Origin: Macrostomum hystrix
Taxonomy: Eukaryota; Animalia; Platyhelminthes
Length of the DNA: 64,000 nt
Reading direction: 5' to 3'
Assembly (NCBI GenBank): GCA_950097015.1
Contig: CATNEN010000007.1
Location: forward strand, 12,772,001 to 12,836,000
The first letter of the stretch is position 1. Each line of letters starts with the position of its first letter. Shown one piece after another: positions 36,701-51,206 of the stretch. The position numbers and the translations under genes are program-made. The notes under the pieces were generated by a model. That model saw only the letters and a program-made list of their open reading frames with translations, did no database searches and was not told the origin of the DNA.

Positions 36701-39700
36701 ATCCTCGCATCCTCAATTCTCGCATCTTCAATTCTCGCATCCTCAATTCTCGCATCTTCAATTCTCGCATCCTCAATTATTACATCCTCAATCCTAACAT
36801 CCTCAATTCACATATCCTCAATTCTCATATCCTCAATCCTCACATCCTCAATTCTCACATCCTCAATTCTCGCATCCTCAATTCTCGCATCTTCAATTCT
36901 CACATCCTCAATCCTCACATCCTCAATTCTCATATCCTAAATTCTCATATCCTCAATTCTCACATCCTCAATTCTCACATCCTCAATTCTCACATCCTCA
37001 ATTCTCGCATCCTCAATTCTCGCATCTTCAATTCTCGCATCCTCAATTCTCGCATCTTCAATTCTCGCATCCTCAATTCTCATCTCCTCAATTCTCACAT
37101 CTTCAATTCTCGCATCCTCAATTATCACATCCTCAATTCTCATATCCTAAATTCTCATATCCTCAATTCTCATATCCTCAACCCTCACATCCTCAATTCT
37201 CATCTCCTCAATTCTCGCATCCTCAATTCTCGCATCTTCAATTCTCGCATCCTCAATTATTACATCCTCAATCCTAACATCCTCAATTCACATATCCTCA
37301 ATTCTCATATCCTCAATCCTCACATCCTCAATTCTCGCATCCTCAATTCTCGCATCTTCAATTCTCGCATCCTCAATTATTACATCCTCAATCCTAACAT
37401 CCTCAATTCACATATCCTCAATTCTCATATCCTCAATTCTCACATCCTCAATTCTCACATCTTCAATTCTCATATCCTCAATTCTCATATCCTCAATTCT
37501 CACATCCTCAATCCTCACAGCCTCAATTCTCATCTCCTCAATCCTCGCATCCTCAATTCTCGCATCTTCAATTCTCGCATCTTCAATTCTCGCATCCTCA
37601 ATTCTCGCATCCTCAATTCTCGCATCCTCAATTCTCGCATCTTCAATTCTCGCATCCTCAATTCTCGCATCCTCAATTCTCGCATCCTCAATTCTCGCAT
37701 CCTCAATTCTCGCATCCTCAATTCTCGCATCCTCAATTCTCGCATCCTCAATTCTCACATCCTCAATTCTCGCATCTTCAATTCTCGCATCCTCAATTCT
37801 CGCATCCTCAATTCTCGCATCCTCAATTCTCGCATCTTCAATTCTCGCATCTTTAATTCTCATCTCCTCAATTCTCGCATCTTCAATTATCACATCCTCA
37901 ATTCTCATCTCCTCAATTCTCGCATCCTCAATTATCACATCCTCAATTCTCATCTCCTCAATCCTCGCATCCTCAATTCTCGCATCTTCAATTCTCGCAT
38001 CTTCAATTCTCGCATCCTCAATTCTCGCATCCTCAATTCTCGCATCCTCAATTCTCGCATCCTCAATTCTCGCATCTTCAATTCTCGCATCTTCAATTCT
38101 CGCATCCTCAATTCTCGCATCCTCAATTCTCGCATCCTCAATTCTCGCATCCTCAATTCTCGCATCTTCAATTCTCGCATCCTCAATTCTCGCATCCTCA
38201 ATTCTCGCATCCTCAATTCTCGCATCTTCAATTCTCGCATCTTCAATTCTCATCTCCTCAATTCTCGCATCTTCAATTATCACATCCTCAATTCTCATCT
38301 CCTCAATTCTCGCATCCTCAATTATCACATCCTCAATTCTCATCTCCTCAATCCTCGCATCCTCAATTCTCGCATCTTCAATTCTCGCATCTTCAATTCT
38401 CGCATCCTCAATTCTCGCATCCTCAATTCTCGCATCCTCAATTCTCGCATCCTCAATTCTCGCATCCTCAATTCTCGCATCCTCAATTCTCGCATCCTCA
38501 ATTCTCGCATCCTCAATTCTCGCATCTTCAATTCTCGCATCCTCAATTCTCGCATCCTCAATTCTCGCATCCTCAATTCTCGCATCCTCAATTCTCGCAT
38601 CTTCAATTCTCGCATCTTCAATTCTCATCTCCTCAATTCTCGCATCCTCAATTATCACATCCTCAATTCTCATATCCTAAATTCTCATATCCTCAATTCT
38701 CGCATCCTCAACCCTCACATCCTCAATTCTCATATCCTAAATTCTCATATCCTCAATTCTCATCTCCTCAATCCTCGCATCCTCAATTCTCGCATCTTCA
38801 ATTCTCGCATCCTCAATTCTCGCATCTTCAATTATCACATCCTCAATTCTCATCTCCTCAATTCTCGCATCCTCAATTATCACATCCTCAATTCTCATAT
38901 CCTAAATTCTCATATCCTCAATTCTCGCATCCTCAATTATCACATCCTCAATTATCACATCCTCAATTCTCACATCCTCAATTCTCATCTCCTCAATCCT
39001 CGCATCCTCAATTCTCGCATCTTCAATTCTCGCATCCTCAATTCTCGCATCTTCAATTCTCACATCCTCAATTCTCATCTCCTCAATTCTCATCTCCTCA
39101 ATTCTCGCATCTTCAATTCTCACATCCTCAATTCTCGCATCCTCAATTCTCACATCCTCAATTCTCACATCCTCAATTCTCGCATCCTCAATTATCACAT
39201 CCTCAATTCTCATATCCTAAATTCTCATATCCTCAATTCTCATATCCTCAACCCTCACATCCTCAATTCTCATCTCCTCAATCCTCGCATCCTCAATTCT
39301 CGCATCTTCAATTCTCGCATCCTCAATTCTCGCATCTTCAATTCTCGCATCCTCAATTATTACATCCTCAATCCTAACATCCTCAATTCACATATCCTCA
39401 ATTCTCATATCCTCAATCCTCACATCCTCAATTCTCACATCCTCAATTCTCGCATCCTCAATTCTCGCATCTTCAATTCTCACATCCTCAATCCTCACAT
39501 CCTCAATTCTCATATCCTAAATTCTCATATCCTCAATTCTCACATCCTCAATTCTCACATCCTCAATTCTCACATCCTCAATTCTCGCATCCTCAATTCT
39601 CGCATCTTCAATTCTCGCATCCTCAATTCTCGCATCTTCAATTCTCGCATCCTCAATTCTCATCTCCTCAATTCTCGCATCTTCAATTCTCGCATCCTCA

Positions 39701-42700
39701 ATTATCACATCCTCAATTCTCATATCCTAAATTCTCATATCCTCAATTCTCATATCCTCAACCCTCACATCCTCAATTCTCATCTCCTCAATTCTCGCAT
39801 CCTCAATTCTCGCATCTTCAATTCTCGCATCCTCAATTATTACATCCTCAATCCTAACATCCTCAATTCACATATCCTCAATTCTCATATCCTCAATCCT
39901 CACATCCTCAATTCTCACATCCTCAATTCTCGCATCCTCAATTCTCGCATCTTCAATTCTCACATCCTCAATCCTCACATCCTCAATTCTCGCATCCTCA
40001 ATTCTCACATCCTCAATTCTCACGTCTTCAATTCTCGCATCCTCAATTCTCATCTCCTCAATCCTCAGATCTTCAATTCTCGCATCCTCAATTATCACAT
40101 CCTCAATTCTCGCATCCTCAATTATCACATCCTCAATTCTCATATCCTCAATTCTCACATCCTCAATTCTCGCATCCTCAATTCTCACGTCTTCAATTCT
40201 CGCATCCTCAATTATCGCATCTTCAATTCTCGCATCCTCAATTCTCACGTCTTCAATTCTCGCATCTTCAATTCTCGCATCCTCAATTCTCATCTCCTCA
40301 ATCCTCAGATCTTCAATTCTCGCATCCTCAATTATCACATCCTCAATTCTCGCATCCTCAATTATCACATCCTCAATTCTCATATCCTCAATTCTCACAT
40401 CCTCAATTCTCGCATCCTCAATTCTCACGTCTTCAATTCTCGCATCCTCAATTCTCGCATCTTCAATTCTCGCATCCTCAATTATTACATCCTCAATCCT
40501 CACATCCTCAATTCACATATCCTCAATTCTCACATCCTCAATTCTCGCATCCTCAATTCTCACGTCTTCAATTCTCGCATCCTCAATCCTCACATCCTCA
40601 ATTCTCACATCCTCAATTCTCGCATCCTCAATTCTCATCTCCTCAATTCTCGCATCTTCAATTCTCGCATCCTCAATTATCACATCCTCAATTCTCATAT
40701 CCTCAATTCTCACATCCTCAATTCTCGCATCCTCAATTCTCACGTCTTCAATTCTTGCATCCTCAATTCTCACATCCTCAATTCTCACATCCTCAATTCT
40801 CACATCCTCAATTCTCGCATCCTCAATTCTCGCATCTTCAATTCTCACATCCTCAATTCTCGCATCCTCAATTCTCGCATCTTCAATTCTCACATCCTCA
40901 ATTCTCATCTCCTCAATTCTCATCTCCTCAATTCTCATCTCCTCAATTCTCGCATCTTCAATTCTCGCATCCTCAATTATCACATCCTCAATCCTCACAT
41001 CCTCAATTCTCACATCCTCAATTCTCGCATCCTCAATTCTCACATCCTCAATTCTCACGTCTTCAATTCTCGCATCTTCAATTCTCACATCCTCAATTCT
41101 CACATCCTCAATTCTCACATCCTCAATTCTCACATCCTCAATCCTCACATCCTCAATTCTCGCATCCTCAATTCTCACATCCTCAATTCTCACATCCTCA
41201 ATTCTCACATCCTCAATTCTCGCATCCTCAATTCTCGCATCCTCAATTCTCACATCCTCAATTCTCGCATCCTCAATTCTCACATCCTCAATTCTCACAT
41301 CCTCAATTCTCACATCCTCAATTCTCACATCCTCAATTCTCACGTCTTCAATTCTCGCATCTTCAATTCTCACATCCTCAATTCTCACATCCTCAATTCT
41401 CACATCCTCAATTCTCATATCCTCAATTCTCATATCCTCAACCCTCACATCCTCAGTTCTCACATCTTCAATTCTCACATCCTCAGTTCTCACATCCTCA
41501 ATTCTCGCATCTTCAATTCTCGCATCCTCAATTCTCACATCCTCAATTCTCACATCCTCAATTCTCATCTCCTCAATCCTCGCATCCTCAATTCTCGCAT
41601 CTTCAATTCTCGCATCCTCAATTCTCGCATCTTCAATTCTCACATCCTCAATTCTCATCTCCTCAATTCTCATCTCCTCAATTCTCGCATCTTCAATTCT
41701 CACATCCTCAATTCTCGCATCCTCAATTCTCACATCCTCAATTCTCACATCCTCAATTCTCGCATCCTCAATTATCACATCCTCAATTCTCATATCCTAA
41801 ATTCTCATATCCTCAATTCTCATATCCTCAACCCTCACATCCTCAATTCTCATCTCCTCAATCCTCGCATCCTCAATTCTCGCATCTTCAATTCTCGCAT
41901 CCTCAATTCTCGCATCTTCAATTCTCGCATCCTCAATTATTACATCCTCAATCCTAACATCCTCAATTCACATATCCTCAATTCTCATATCCTCAATCCT
42001 CACATCCTCAATTCTCACATCCTCAATTCTCGCATCCTCAATTCTCGCATCTTCAATTCTCACATCCTCAATCCTCACATCCTCAATTCTCATATCCTAA
42101 ATTCTCATATCCTCAATTCTCACATCCTCAATTCTCACATCCTCAATTCTCACATCCTCAATTCTCGCATCCTCAATTCTCGCATCTTCAATTCTCGCAT
42201 CCTCAATTCTCGCATCTTCAATTCTCGCATCCTCAATTCTCATCTCCTCAATTCTCGCATCTTCAATTCTCGCATCCTCAATTATCACATCCTCAATTCT
42301 CATATCCTAAATTCTCATATCCTCAATTCTCATATCCTCAACCCTCACATCCTCAATTCTCATCTCCTCAATTCTCGCATCCTCAATTCTCGCATCTTCA
42401 ATTCTCGCATCCTCAATTATTACATCCTCAATCCTAACATCCTCAATTCACATATCCTCAATTCTCATATCCTCAATCCTCACATCCTCAATTCTCACAT
42501 CCTCAATTCTCGCATCCTCAATTCTCGCATCTTCAATTCTCACATCCTCAATCCTCACATCCTCAATTCTCGCATCCTCAATTCTCACATCCTCAATTCT
42601 CACGTCTTCAATTCTCGCATCCTCAATTCTCATCTCCTCAATCCTCAGATCTTCAATTCTCGCATCCTCAATTATCACATCCTCAATTCTCGCATCCTCA

Positions 42701-44170
42701 ATTATCACATCCTCAATTCTCATATCCTCAATTCTCACATCCTCAATTCTCGCATCCTCAATTCTCACGTCTTCAATTCTCGCATCCTCAATTATCGCAT
42801 CTTCAATTCTCGCATCCTCAATTCTCACGTCTTCAATTCTCGCATCTTCAATTCTCGCATCCTCAATTCTCATCTCCTCAATCCTCAGATCTTCAATTCT
42901 CGCATCCTCAATTATCACATCCTCAATTCTCGCATCCTCAATTATCACATCCTCAATTCTCATATCCTCAATTCTCACATCCTCAATTCTCGCATCCTCA
43001 ATTCTCACGTCTTCAATTCTCGCATCCTCAATTCTCGCATCTTCAATTCTCGCATCCTCAATTATTACATCCTCAATCCTCACATCCTCAATTCACATAT
43101 CCTCAATTCTCACATCCTCAATTCTCGCATCCTCAATTCTCACGTCTTCAATTCTCGCATCCTCAATCCTCACATCCTCAATTCTCACATCCTCAATTCT
43201 CGCATCCTCAATTCTCATCTCCTCAATTCTCGCATCTTCAATTCTCGCATCCTCAATTATCACATCCTCAATTCTCATATCCTCAATTCTCACATCCTCA
43301 ATTCTCGCATCCTCAATTCTCACGTCTTCAATTCTTGCATCCTCAATTCTCACATCCTCAATTCTCACATCCTCAATTCTCACATCCTCAATTCTCGCAT
43401 CCTCAATTCTCGCATCTTCAATTCTCACATCCTCAATTCTCGCATCCTCAATTCTCGCATCTTCAATTCTCACATCCTCAATTCTCATCTCCTCAATTCT
43501 CATCTCCTCAATTCTCATCTCCTCAATTCTCGCATCTTCAATTCTCGCATCCTCAATTATCACATCCTCAATCCTCACATCCTCAATTCTCACATCCTCA
43601 ATTCTCGCATCCTCAATTCTCACATCCTCAATTCTCACGTCTTCAATTCTCGCATCTTCAATTCTCACATCCTCAATTCTCACATCCTCAATTCTCACAT
43701 CCTCAATTCTCACATCCTCAATCCTCACATCCTCAATTCTCGCATCCTCAATTCTCACATCCTCAATTCTCACATCCTCAATTCTCACATCCTCAATTCT
43801 CGCATCCTCAATTCTCGCATCCTCAATTCTCACATCCTCAATTCTCGCATCCTCAATTCTCACATCCTCAATTCTCACATCCTCAATTCTCACATCCTCA
43901 ATTCTCACATCCTCAATTCTCACGTCTTCAATTCTCGCATCTTCAATTCTCACATCCTCAATTCTCACATCCTCAATTCTCACATCCTCAATTCTCATAT
44001 CCTCAATTCTCATATCCTCAACCCTCACATCCTCAGTTCTCACATCTTCAATTCTCACATCCTCAGTTCTCACATCCTCAATTCTCGCATCTTCAATTCT
44101 CGCATCCTCAATTCTCACATCCTCAATTCTCACATCCTCAATTCTCACATCCTCAATTCTCACATCTTAA
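33740..44170. repeat. 10.4-kb 15-bp satellite (ATCCTCAATTCTC(G/A)C) with 2,580-bp higher-order structure
   Basis: About 690 units with no visible indel; identical variant blocks recur at 2,580-bp offsets (for example ORF coordinates 36937, 39517, 42097). Confidence 0.98.
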
Positions 44171-44824
44171 ATTTTAATATTTTTTTATATCCTGAATTTT
44201 AATATTCACAATTTTCATTTTCTCGATTCTGATAGCCAGAAAAGTGGGAAAAAGTCCAGGTTTTGAGAAATACCGGGAATATGAGTCAGGGAATAAAATT
44301 GGAGCGAAACACCGACCCATTTATTAATTTATCCTCAAACTGCTGATGATGGCTAAGCTTCATGTAGAAAAGTCTATTGCATATTTCTAGACCCTAGGGG
44401 CCTAGGGCCTAGAGGTCTGGGCCATTGGTCTCATGGAGCTTAGGCATAAGTGACTGTCCAGACAAATGCTAGCTGCATGGAACCAGCTAGTACTTTCAAG
44501 CTATTGAGAGGCTCAAACAGGCCTCGGAGGAACAAAGACCTCAGTCTGCGCAGGCCAGCGCATGCGTGGGAGGCAGCTCCAGGGGATCATAAATCTGAAG
44601 GCCCTGCGGCTTTGTTTCGCTGGCTTCCCTAGGGGATCTGTGGGCATGCGGGGAGCGGGAGATGCCGGTGCCGATAACCAGGGCCAGCTCCCGCCTGTGG
44701 GAGGACAAAGACTGCCGAGAGGTAGCAGACGGAGTGACCTCGTTGCCGAGCCAAGGAACTCTAGATCTAGAAACCTAGGTCCGGATTTTTAGTAGGTTCT
44801 AAGGTCTAGAATTCGAATGAGAGG

Positions 44825-44960
44825 ATTCAGAACTAGCATGACCATATTCTGTGTCGGATGGGAAGATTCAGAACTAGCATTATTCTGTGTCGGATGGGAA
44901 GATTCAGAACTAGCATTATTCTGTGTCGGATGGGAAGATTCAGAACTGGCATGACTGTCG
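44825..44960. repeat. ~36-41-bp repeat (GATTCAGAACTAGCATTATTCTGTGTCGGATGGGAA), 3-4 copies
   Basis: Direct tandem copies. Confidence 0.8.
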
Positions 44961-46300
44961 GATGATAAATTTCAGAGGCTTGGCTATTACTATTGGGAAA
45001 TCAGGGATAGCTAAATTTAAAGAAGCAGATCAGGCCACTCTGAAACCTGCTGCCCATATTGAAAAGGCTGAGCACCTTGAGTCCGGGGCGGTCTTGAATG
45101 CTCGAAATTCTCAGCAGCCGCTGATTAAAAAGCTGCCCGGCCGCCGACTCCCTGCGGGTTCCCGAGAACTGGGCCATTGAAAATCCCACTTGCCACTCAC
45201 CAGCCGATCCCACTCCTCGAACTTCCCACCCGTGCGTGTCTGTTTCTTCCCAAAGCTCGCGATTCCCCTACTGCAGTTCCGCAGTTCTCAGGACATTAAA
45301 GCGTCAAACTCGTGGGAAACCCGACCCGGCCAGCCCATGGGAGCGGGGTCGGGGGGTGGGCGCGCCAAGCCGTGGCAGCCAACGGCCGCGGCCCCCGAAA
45401 CTCGATATGAAGAGGGTACGCAGATGCGGAGGAGAGGCAGATAAGGGCCGCCAGCGCAGTGACATTGTGACAATTGCTTCTCCAGTACCGACACTGAGGC
45501 AAGGTGAGTTGGCCAGAATGCCGCAACTTGGCCAAGCGAATGGCAGCAGCGGTCAGCCCAGCCGCCAAGTCCAAAGCCCAGTTTGCTGAGCTGGTTCGAG
45601 GGTCGGCCAGAAAGGAGCTCGAGTGATCTGAGCTTGATCCTCCTTGGCTTTTTGGTCCCCTTCAACCAGTTGCTCAGACCGGGCAAAGCAGCAGCGGAGG
45701 CGGCTGGGCACTGAAACTCGCGCCCACTTTGAGCCTATTTTAACCTAACCCCAGAACTGCAAGCCACACTGCTTATTTACACCAAGGATACTACTAGCCA
45801 AAGCAGCTTTCAGTAGTAAGCAAGCACATCAGGCACGGAGCATCGGGAGGCCAGCAGCCAAGCTCACCATGGTCGCCCATTTCGTCGGTCGGTTCCACAA
45901 GTGATAGTCCGCCAGCGGCAGGCGATGGGGTCGGCGTCAGACTCCACTGATGGAAGCCACGAATGCTGCAGCAGCTGCAATGCCGGGAGATCTGAGAATG
46001 TAGCGACTCTTGGACTGGTCCAGGACCAGGTACTCAGCTTCATCAACTCTTAAGCTACAATGCACCGCGGTTCAGCATTTCTTTATTCTGCTTTAGTAAA
46101 TATCAGGTTTGCTGAACTTAACTAAGGCTTGCCTTGACAGTCTATGTACATCAAACTTATGCCACTGGTGTCCTTCGAGACTCTCCACTAAGCTGTGCAG
46201 ATGCCGGTTTGATAACACCAGGGGCATAAAATAAAGGAACTGCTAAATGAGCGACAGCGCGTCAGTAGCTGGGGATGTCAGGGACAAGAGTGTCGATGCC

Positions 46301-48035
46301 AGGAGAGCCAGTGGCAGTGGAGTGAATGACAGGAGAGCCAGTGGCAGTGGAGTGAATGACAGGAGAGCCAGTGGCAGTGGAGCGAATGACAGGAGAGCCA
46401 GTGGCAGTGGAGCGAATGACAGGAGAGCCAGTGGCAGTGGAGTGAATGACAGGAGAGCCAGTGGCAGTGGAGTGAATGATAGGAGAGCCAGTGGCAGTGG
46501 AGCGAATGACAGGAGAGCCAGTGGCAGTGGAGCGAATGACAGGAGAGCCAGTGGCAGTGGAGTGAATGACAGGAGAGCCAGTGGCAGTGGAGTGAATGAC
46601 AGGAGAGCCAGTGGCAGTGGAGTGAATGACAGGAGAGCCAGTGGCAGTGGAGCGAATGACAGGAGAGCCAGTGGCAGTGGAGTGAATGACGGAGAGCCAG
46701 TGGCAGTGGAGTGAATGACAGGAGAGCCAGTGGCAGTGGAGTGAATGACGGAGAGCCAGTGGCAGTGGAGTGAATGACAGGAGAGCCAGTGGTAGTGGAG
46801 TGAATGACGGAGAGCCAGTGGCAGTGGAGTGAATGACAGGAGAGCCAGTGGTAGTGGAGTGAATGACGGAGAGCCAGTGGCAGTGGAGTGAATGACAGGA
46901 GAGCCAGTGGCAGTGGAGTGAATGACGGAGAGCCAGTGGCAGTGGAGTGAATGACAGGAGAGCCAGTGGCAGTGGAGTGAATGACAGGAGAGCCAGTGGC
47001 AGTGGAGTGAATGACGGAGAGCCAGTGGCAGTGGAGTGAATGACAGGAGAGCCAGTGGCAGTGGAGTGAATGACGGAGAGCCAGTGGCAGTGGAGTGAAT
47101 GACAGGAGAGCCAGTGGTAGTGGAGTGAATGACGGAGAGCCAGTGGCAGTGGAGTGAATGACAGGAGAGCCAGTGGCAGTGGAGTGAATGACGGAGAGCC
47201 AGTGGCAGTGGAGTGAATGACAGGAGAGCCAGTGGCAGTGGAGCGAATGACAGGAGAGCCAGTGGCAGTGGAGTGAATGACGGAGAGCCAGTGGCAGTGG
47301 AGCGAATGACAGGAGAGCCAGTGGCAGTGGAGTGAATGACGGAGAGCCAGTGGCAGTGGAGTGAATGACAGGAGAGCCAGTGGCAGTGGAGCGAATGACA
47401 GGAGAGCCAGTGGCAGTGGAGTGAATGACGGAGAGCCAGTGGCAGTGGAGTGAATGACAGGAGAGCCAGTGGCAGTGGAGCGAATGACAGGAGAGCCAGT
47501 GGCAGTGGAGTGAATGACGGAGAGCCAGTGGCAGTGGAGCGAATGACAGGAGAGCCAGTGGCAGTGGAGTGAATGACGGAGAGCCAGTGGCAGTGGAGTG
47601 AATGACAGGAGAGCCAGTGGCAGTGGAGTGAATGACGGAGAGCCAGTGGCAGTGGAGTGAATGACAGGAGAGCCAGTGGCAGTGGAGTGAATGACGGAGA
47701 GCCAGTGGCAGTGGAGTGAATGACAGGAGAGCCAGTGGCAGTGGAGTGAATGACGGAGAGCCAGTGGCAGTGGAGTGAATGACAGGAGAGCCAGTGGCAG
47801 TGGAGTGAATGACGGAGAGCCAGTGGCAGTGGAGTGAATGACAGGAGAGCCAGTGGCAGTGGAGTGAATGACGGAGAGCCAGTGGCAGTGGAGCGAATGA
47901 CAGGAGAGCCAGTGGCAGTGGAGTGAATGACAGGAGAGCCAGTGGCAGTGGAGTGAATGACGGAGAGCCAGTGGCAGTGGAGTGAATGACGGAGAGCCAG
48001 TGGCAGTGGAGTGAATGACGGAGAGCCAGTGGCAG
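46301..48035. repeat. 30/29-bp minisatellite (GAC(A)GGAGAGCCAGTGGCAGTGGAGTGAAT)
   Basis: About 58 units; pure 30-mers first, then alternation with a 1-bp-deleted 29-mer. Confidence 0.96.
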
Positions 48036-48866
48036 AGGAGAGAAAGTCGAAGGAAAATAGCAGGAGAGTCAGAGCTCGGGAAGTCAGTGGCAGGGGCAGG
48101 GGAGTCAGAGTGGCAGAGGATTTTTTGGCAGGAAGCGATCCAAGAAGCGCAGGGTGTCTAGCCTGTAGCGGCAGCTGAGTTACAGTCAAAGGCTTTCTAA
48201 GCGTAGCAAGCGGTGCCATTGTCGCAGAAAGTGAGGCGAGACAGTTGCGAGTTGGTGTTTACTGTCTACCAGACGCGCTGAGCACGGAAAGTGGGCTCCA
48301 TTAGTACTCTCGTATATTATTCTGCATCAGTAATATTGTCTATCAGAAACTCTGACCAAGTCAATGAGGTGACAGCAATAACTTGTGGGCTCGCAAATCA
48401 CATCAGGAAATCAGAAATCGAATATGGGTCTTCCATACGTTTTACAGAAATGGGTAAAATTCTCACACTACTCATAGTAGTAAGCTGCGTAAATCAGTCA
48501 TCAATACTAGCAAATTCAAATAGAAACATTAAAGCGTAGAACCCGGTTGCTATGACAAAGGAATGATAAAAAAGCGTGACGCGCGCGGAACATTTCTCGG
48601 TGAGGCTGGTTGAGGGCAGCCGGTGAATATGGCACGATCCGCTGGAATAACACTGTAATAATAAGGCTTCGGGTATCATGGCAACCGGTGTTCCGGTTGC
48701 TATGGACTCCAGCCCTTTAAATAAACAAAAAATTGGTTTTGCTATACATTGATTGTGAGGCTAAAACACCGACAGCATCCACAACATGCAGGGACTTGGG
48801 CTTGATACATCTGAGAGCTCACTCTTAACCCTGAGCTGTGAAATTAGACATTCACACGACAAAGGG

Positions 48867-49565
48867 TTACTGACATCTCAATCAGGAATTACTGACATCT
48901 CAACCAGGAATTACTGACATCTCAACCAGGAATTACTGACATCTCAACCAGGAATTACTGAAATCTCAAACAGAGATTACTGACATCTCAACCAGGAATT
49001 ACTGAAATCTCAAACAGAGATTACTGACATCTCAATCAGGAATTACTGACATCTCAAACAGAGATTACTGAAATCTCAACCAGGAATTACTGACATCTCA
49101 ACCAGAGATTACTGACATCTCAACCAGGAATTACTGACATCTCAACCAGAGATTACTGACATCTCAACCAGGAATTACTGACATCTCAAACAGGGATTAC
49201 TGACATCTCAACCAGGAATTACTGACATCTCAACCAGGAATTACTGACATCTCAACCAGGAATTACTGAAATCTCAACCAGAGATTACTGACATCTCAAC
49301 CAGGGGTTACTGACATCTCAACCAGGAATTACTGACATCTCAACCAGGAATTACTGAAATCTCAACCAGAGATTACTGACATCTCAACCAGGAATTACTG
49401 AAATCTCAACCAGGAATTACTGAAATCTCAACCAGAGATTACTGACATCTCAACCAGGGGTTACTGACAAGGGAGCTGACATTTGCACCAGGGGTTACTG
49501 ACAAGGGAGCTGACATTTACACCAGGGGTTACTGACAAGGGAGCTGACATTTACACCAGGGGTTA
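48867..49565. repeat. 22-bp minisatellite (TTACTGACATCTCAACCAGGAA) grading into a ~35-bp variant
   Basis: Direct tandem periodicity. Confidence 0.93.
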
Positions 49566-50013
49566 GAGAAACCAGAATCTAAAGTGTTACAACATCAACA
49601 ACCACTGCACTCCAAACACTCTGTCACAGCATCACCTGGAAGTTGGGGCAGGCCATAAAAGAATCTCAGAAAAGAATTAAGTGAGTTTGGCGAATAAAAA
49701 AACTGCTCGACGCAATGGAACGGCAGGGTTGGCTCTACATAAAAAATCTAGCGAGTCTCCGCCCGCTAACGCCCCGCGCTGGGAAGCTGGAGGGGGGCTG
49801 AGCGATGGTCGAATGTATAAAAAGGCCTATAATAGCGAATGCTGCAAAATCTATCACAATTGATTGAAGGCGGTAAAATTTGCAATTGGCTACGCTTAGT
49901 AACCGTTACAATGCGCACTGGGGCTACTGGAGCTGGAGCAGTGCGGCAGGTGGAAGTCATGCGAGGAGCTTTTCAGTCTGGAACGACTGACAGCGAGCGG
50001 CTGACGTGTCTGG

Positions 50014-50447
50014 GCGGCTGACATCCGAGCAGCTGGCAGCAATGTCTGCTTCACCCTCAGTGCGGCTGACATCCAAGCCGCTGGCAGCAATGTCTGCTTC
50101 ACCCTCAGTGCGGCTGACATCCAAGCAGCTGGCAGCAATGTCTGCTTCACCCTCAGTGCGGCTGACATCCAAGCCGCTGGCAGCAATGTCTGCTTCACCC
50201 TCAGTGCGGCTGACATCCAAGCCGCTGGCAGCAATGTCTGCTTCACCCTCAGTGCGGCTGACATCCAAGCAGCTGGCAGCAATGTCTGCTTCACCCTCAG
50301 TGCGGCTGACATCCAAGCAGCTGGCAGCAATGTCTGCTTCACCCTCAGTGCGGCTGACATCCAAGCAGCTGGCAGCAATGTCTGCTTCACCCTCAGTGCG
50401 GCTGACATCCAAGCAGCTGGCAGCAATGTCTGCTTCACCCTCAGTGC
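50014..50447. repeat. 48-bp minisatellite, 9 copies
   Basis: Unit GCGGCTGACATCCAAGCAGCTGGCAGCAATGTCTGCTTCACCCTCAGT. Confidence 0.95.
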
Positions 50448-51206
50448 CCAACGTGACAGTTTAGCAGGAAGCCTGGAAGGTGACAGCCAGCTACGCAACC
50501 GCTGGCCAGCTTCGCTAGTCCTTAATTTTCGTCTATGGGCAAAGCCACCCACTCAGCTGACCGGGAGCCGCGGGTCAGGCCGCGCACACGAAAGCCACTC
50601 GCTGTGTCAGAGGTGCAAAAGAAGGCCGAGCAAAAATTGGTGTCATCACTAAAGGCTGAACGAATAAAAAGCTTCAGACAGAAATAGCAGTTTTCTTTTC
50701 TAGGAAACAAGGAAAACACAAACTAAAACATGAGTTGCAGATAAGGCGGAAACATCAAAGACAACAGAGGTAAGTGAATCGTGAAACGACAGCAATAATA
50801 AATTTCTAATTCTTAAGGCAAAAGCAAAAATTTGAGCTCGGTAAAAAGCTCAGCTTTAGGCACGACTGCTTGGATAGGGGATTATTCACAGCTGGGAGTC
50901 GGGCCTAAGATCCCTGCGGCCAACCTGCACGGCTCCTCTGCTCGGATTTCTAGATCAGCTGTCTGCTGCGAAATCGGACAAGCACTGGCACACAGAGAAA
51001 AAATGACATACTGTGCTTCAAGGCCTGATGAGGTTCAACTTGATAGCCTTTGCCATAAGTGGGTGGTGGCGAGACACCAGTCTAGCAATCCGGGCCAGAG
51101 GCAGCCAATAGTACAAACGCAGAAAAATCTGGCACAATAGCAATATTAGCAACACCTGAGCAGCATTTCAATGAGAGATCGATCGTATGGGACCGGGAAT
51201 TGCGAG

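Noticed and set aside
40755-44177. (SHPQF)n ORFs resembling Strep-tag
   Set aside because: Coincidental + strand translation of the natural 15-bp satellite; no vector sequence.
45860-46060. Possible isolated minus-strand exon with AG and GTGAG boundaries
   Set aside because: No recognisable protein and no partner exons could be linked; insufficient support.
46243-48219. 658-aa minus-strand ORF
   Set aside because: Translation of the 29/30-bp minisatellite cycling through frames.
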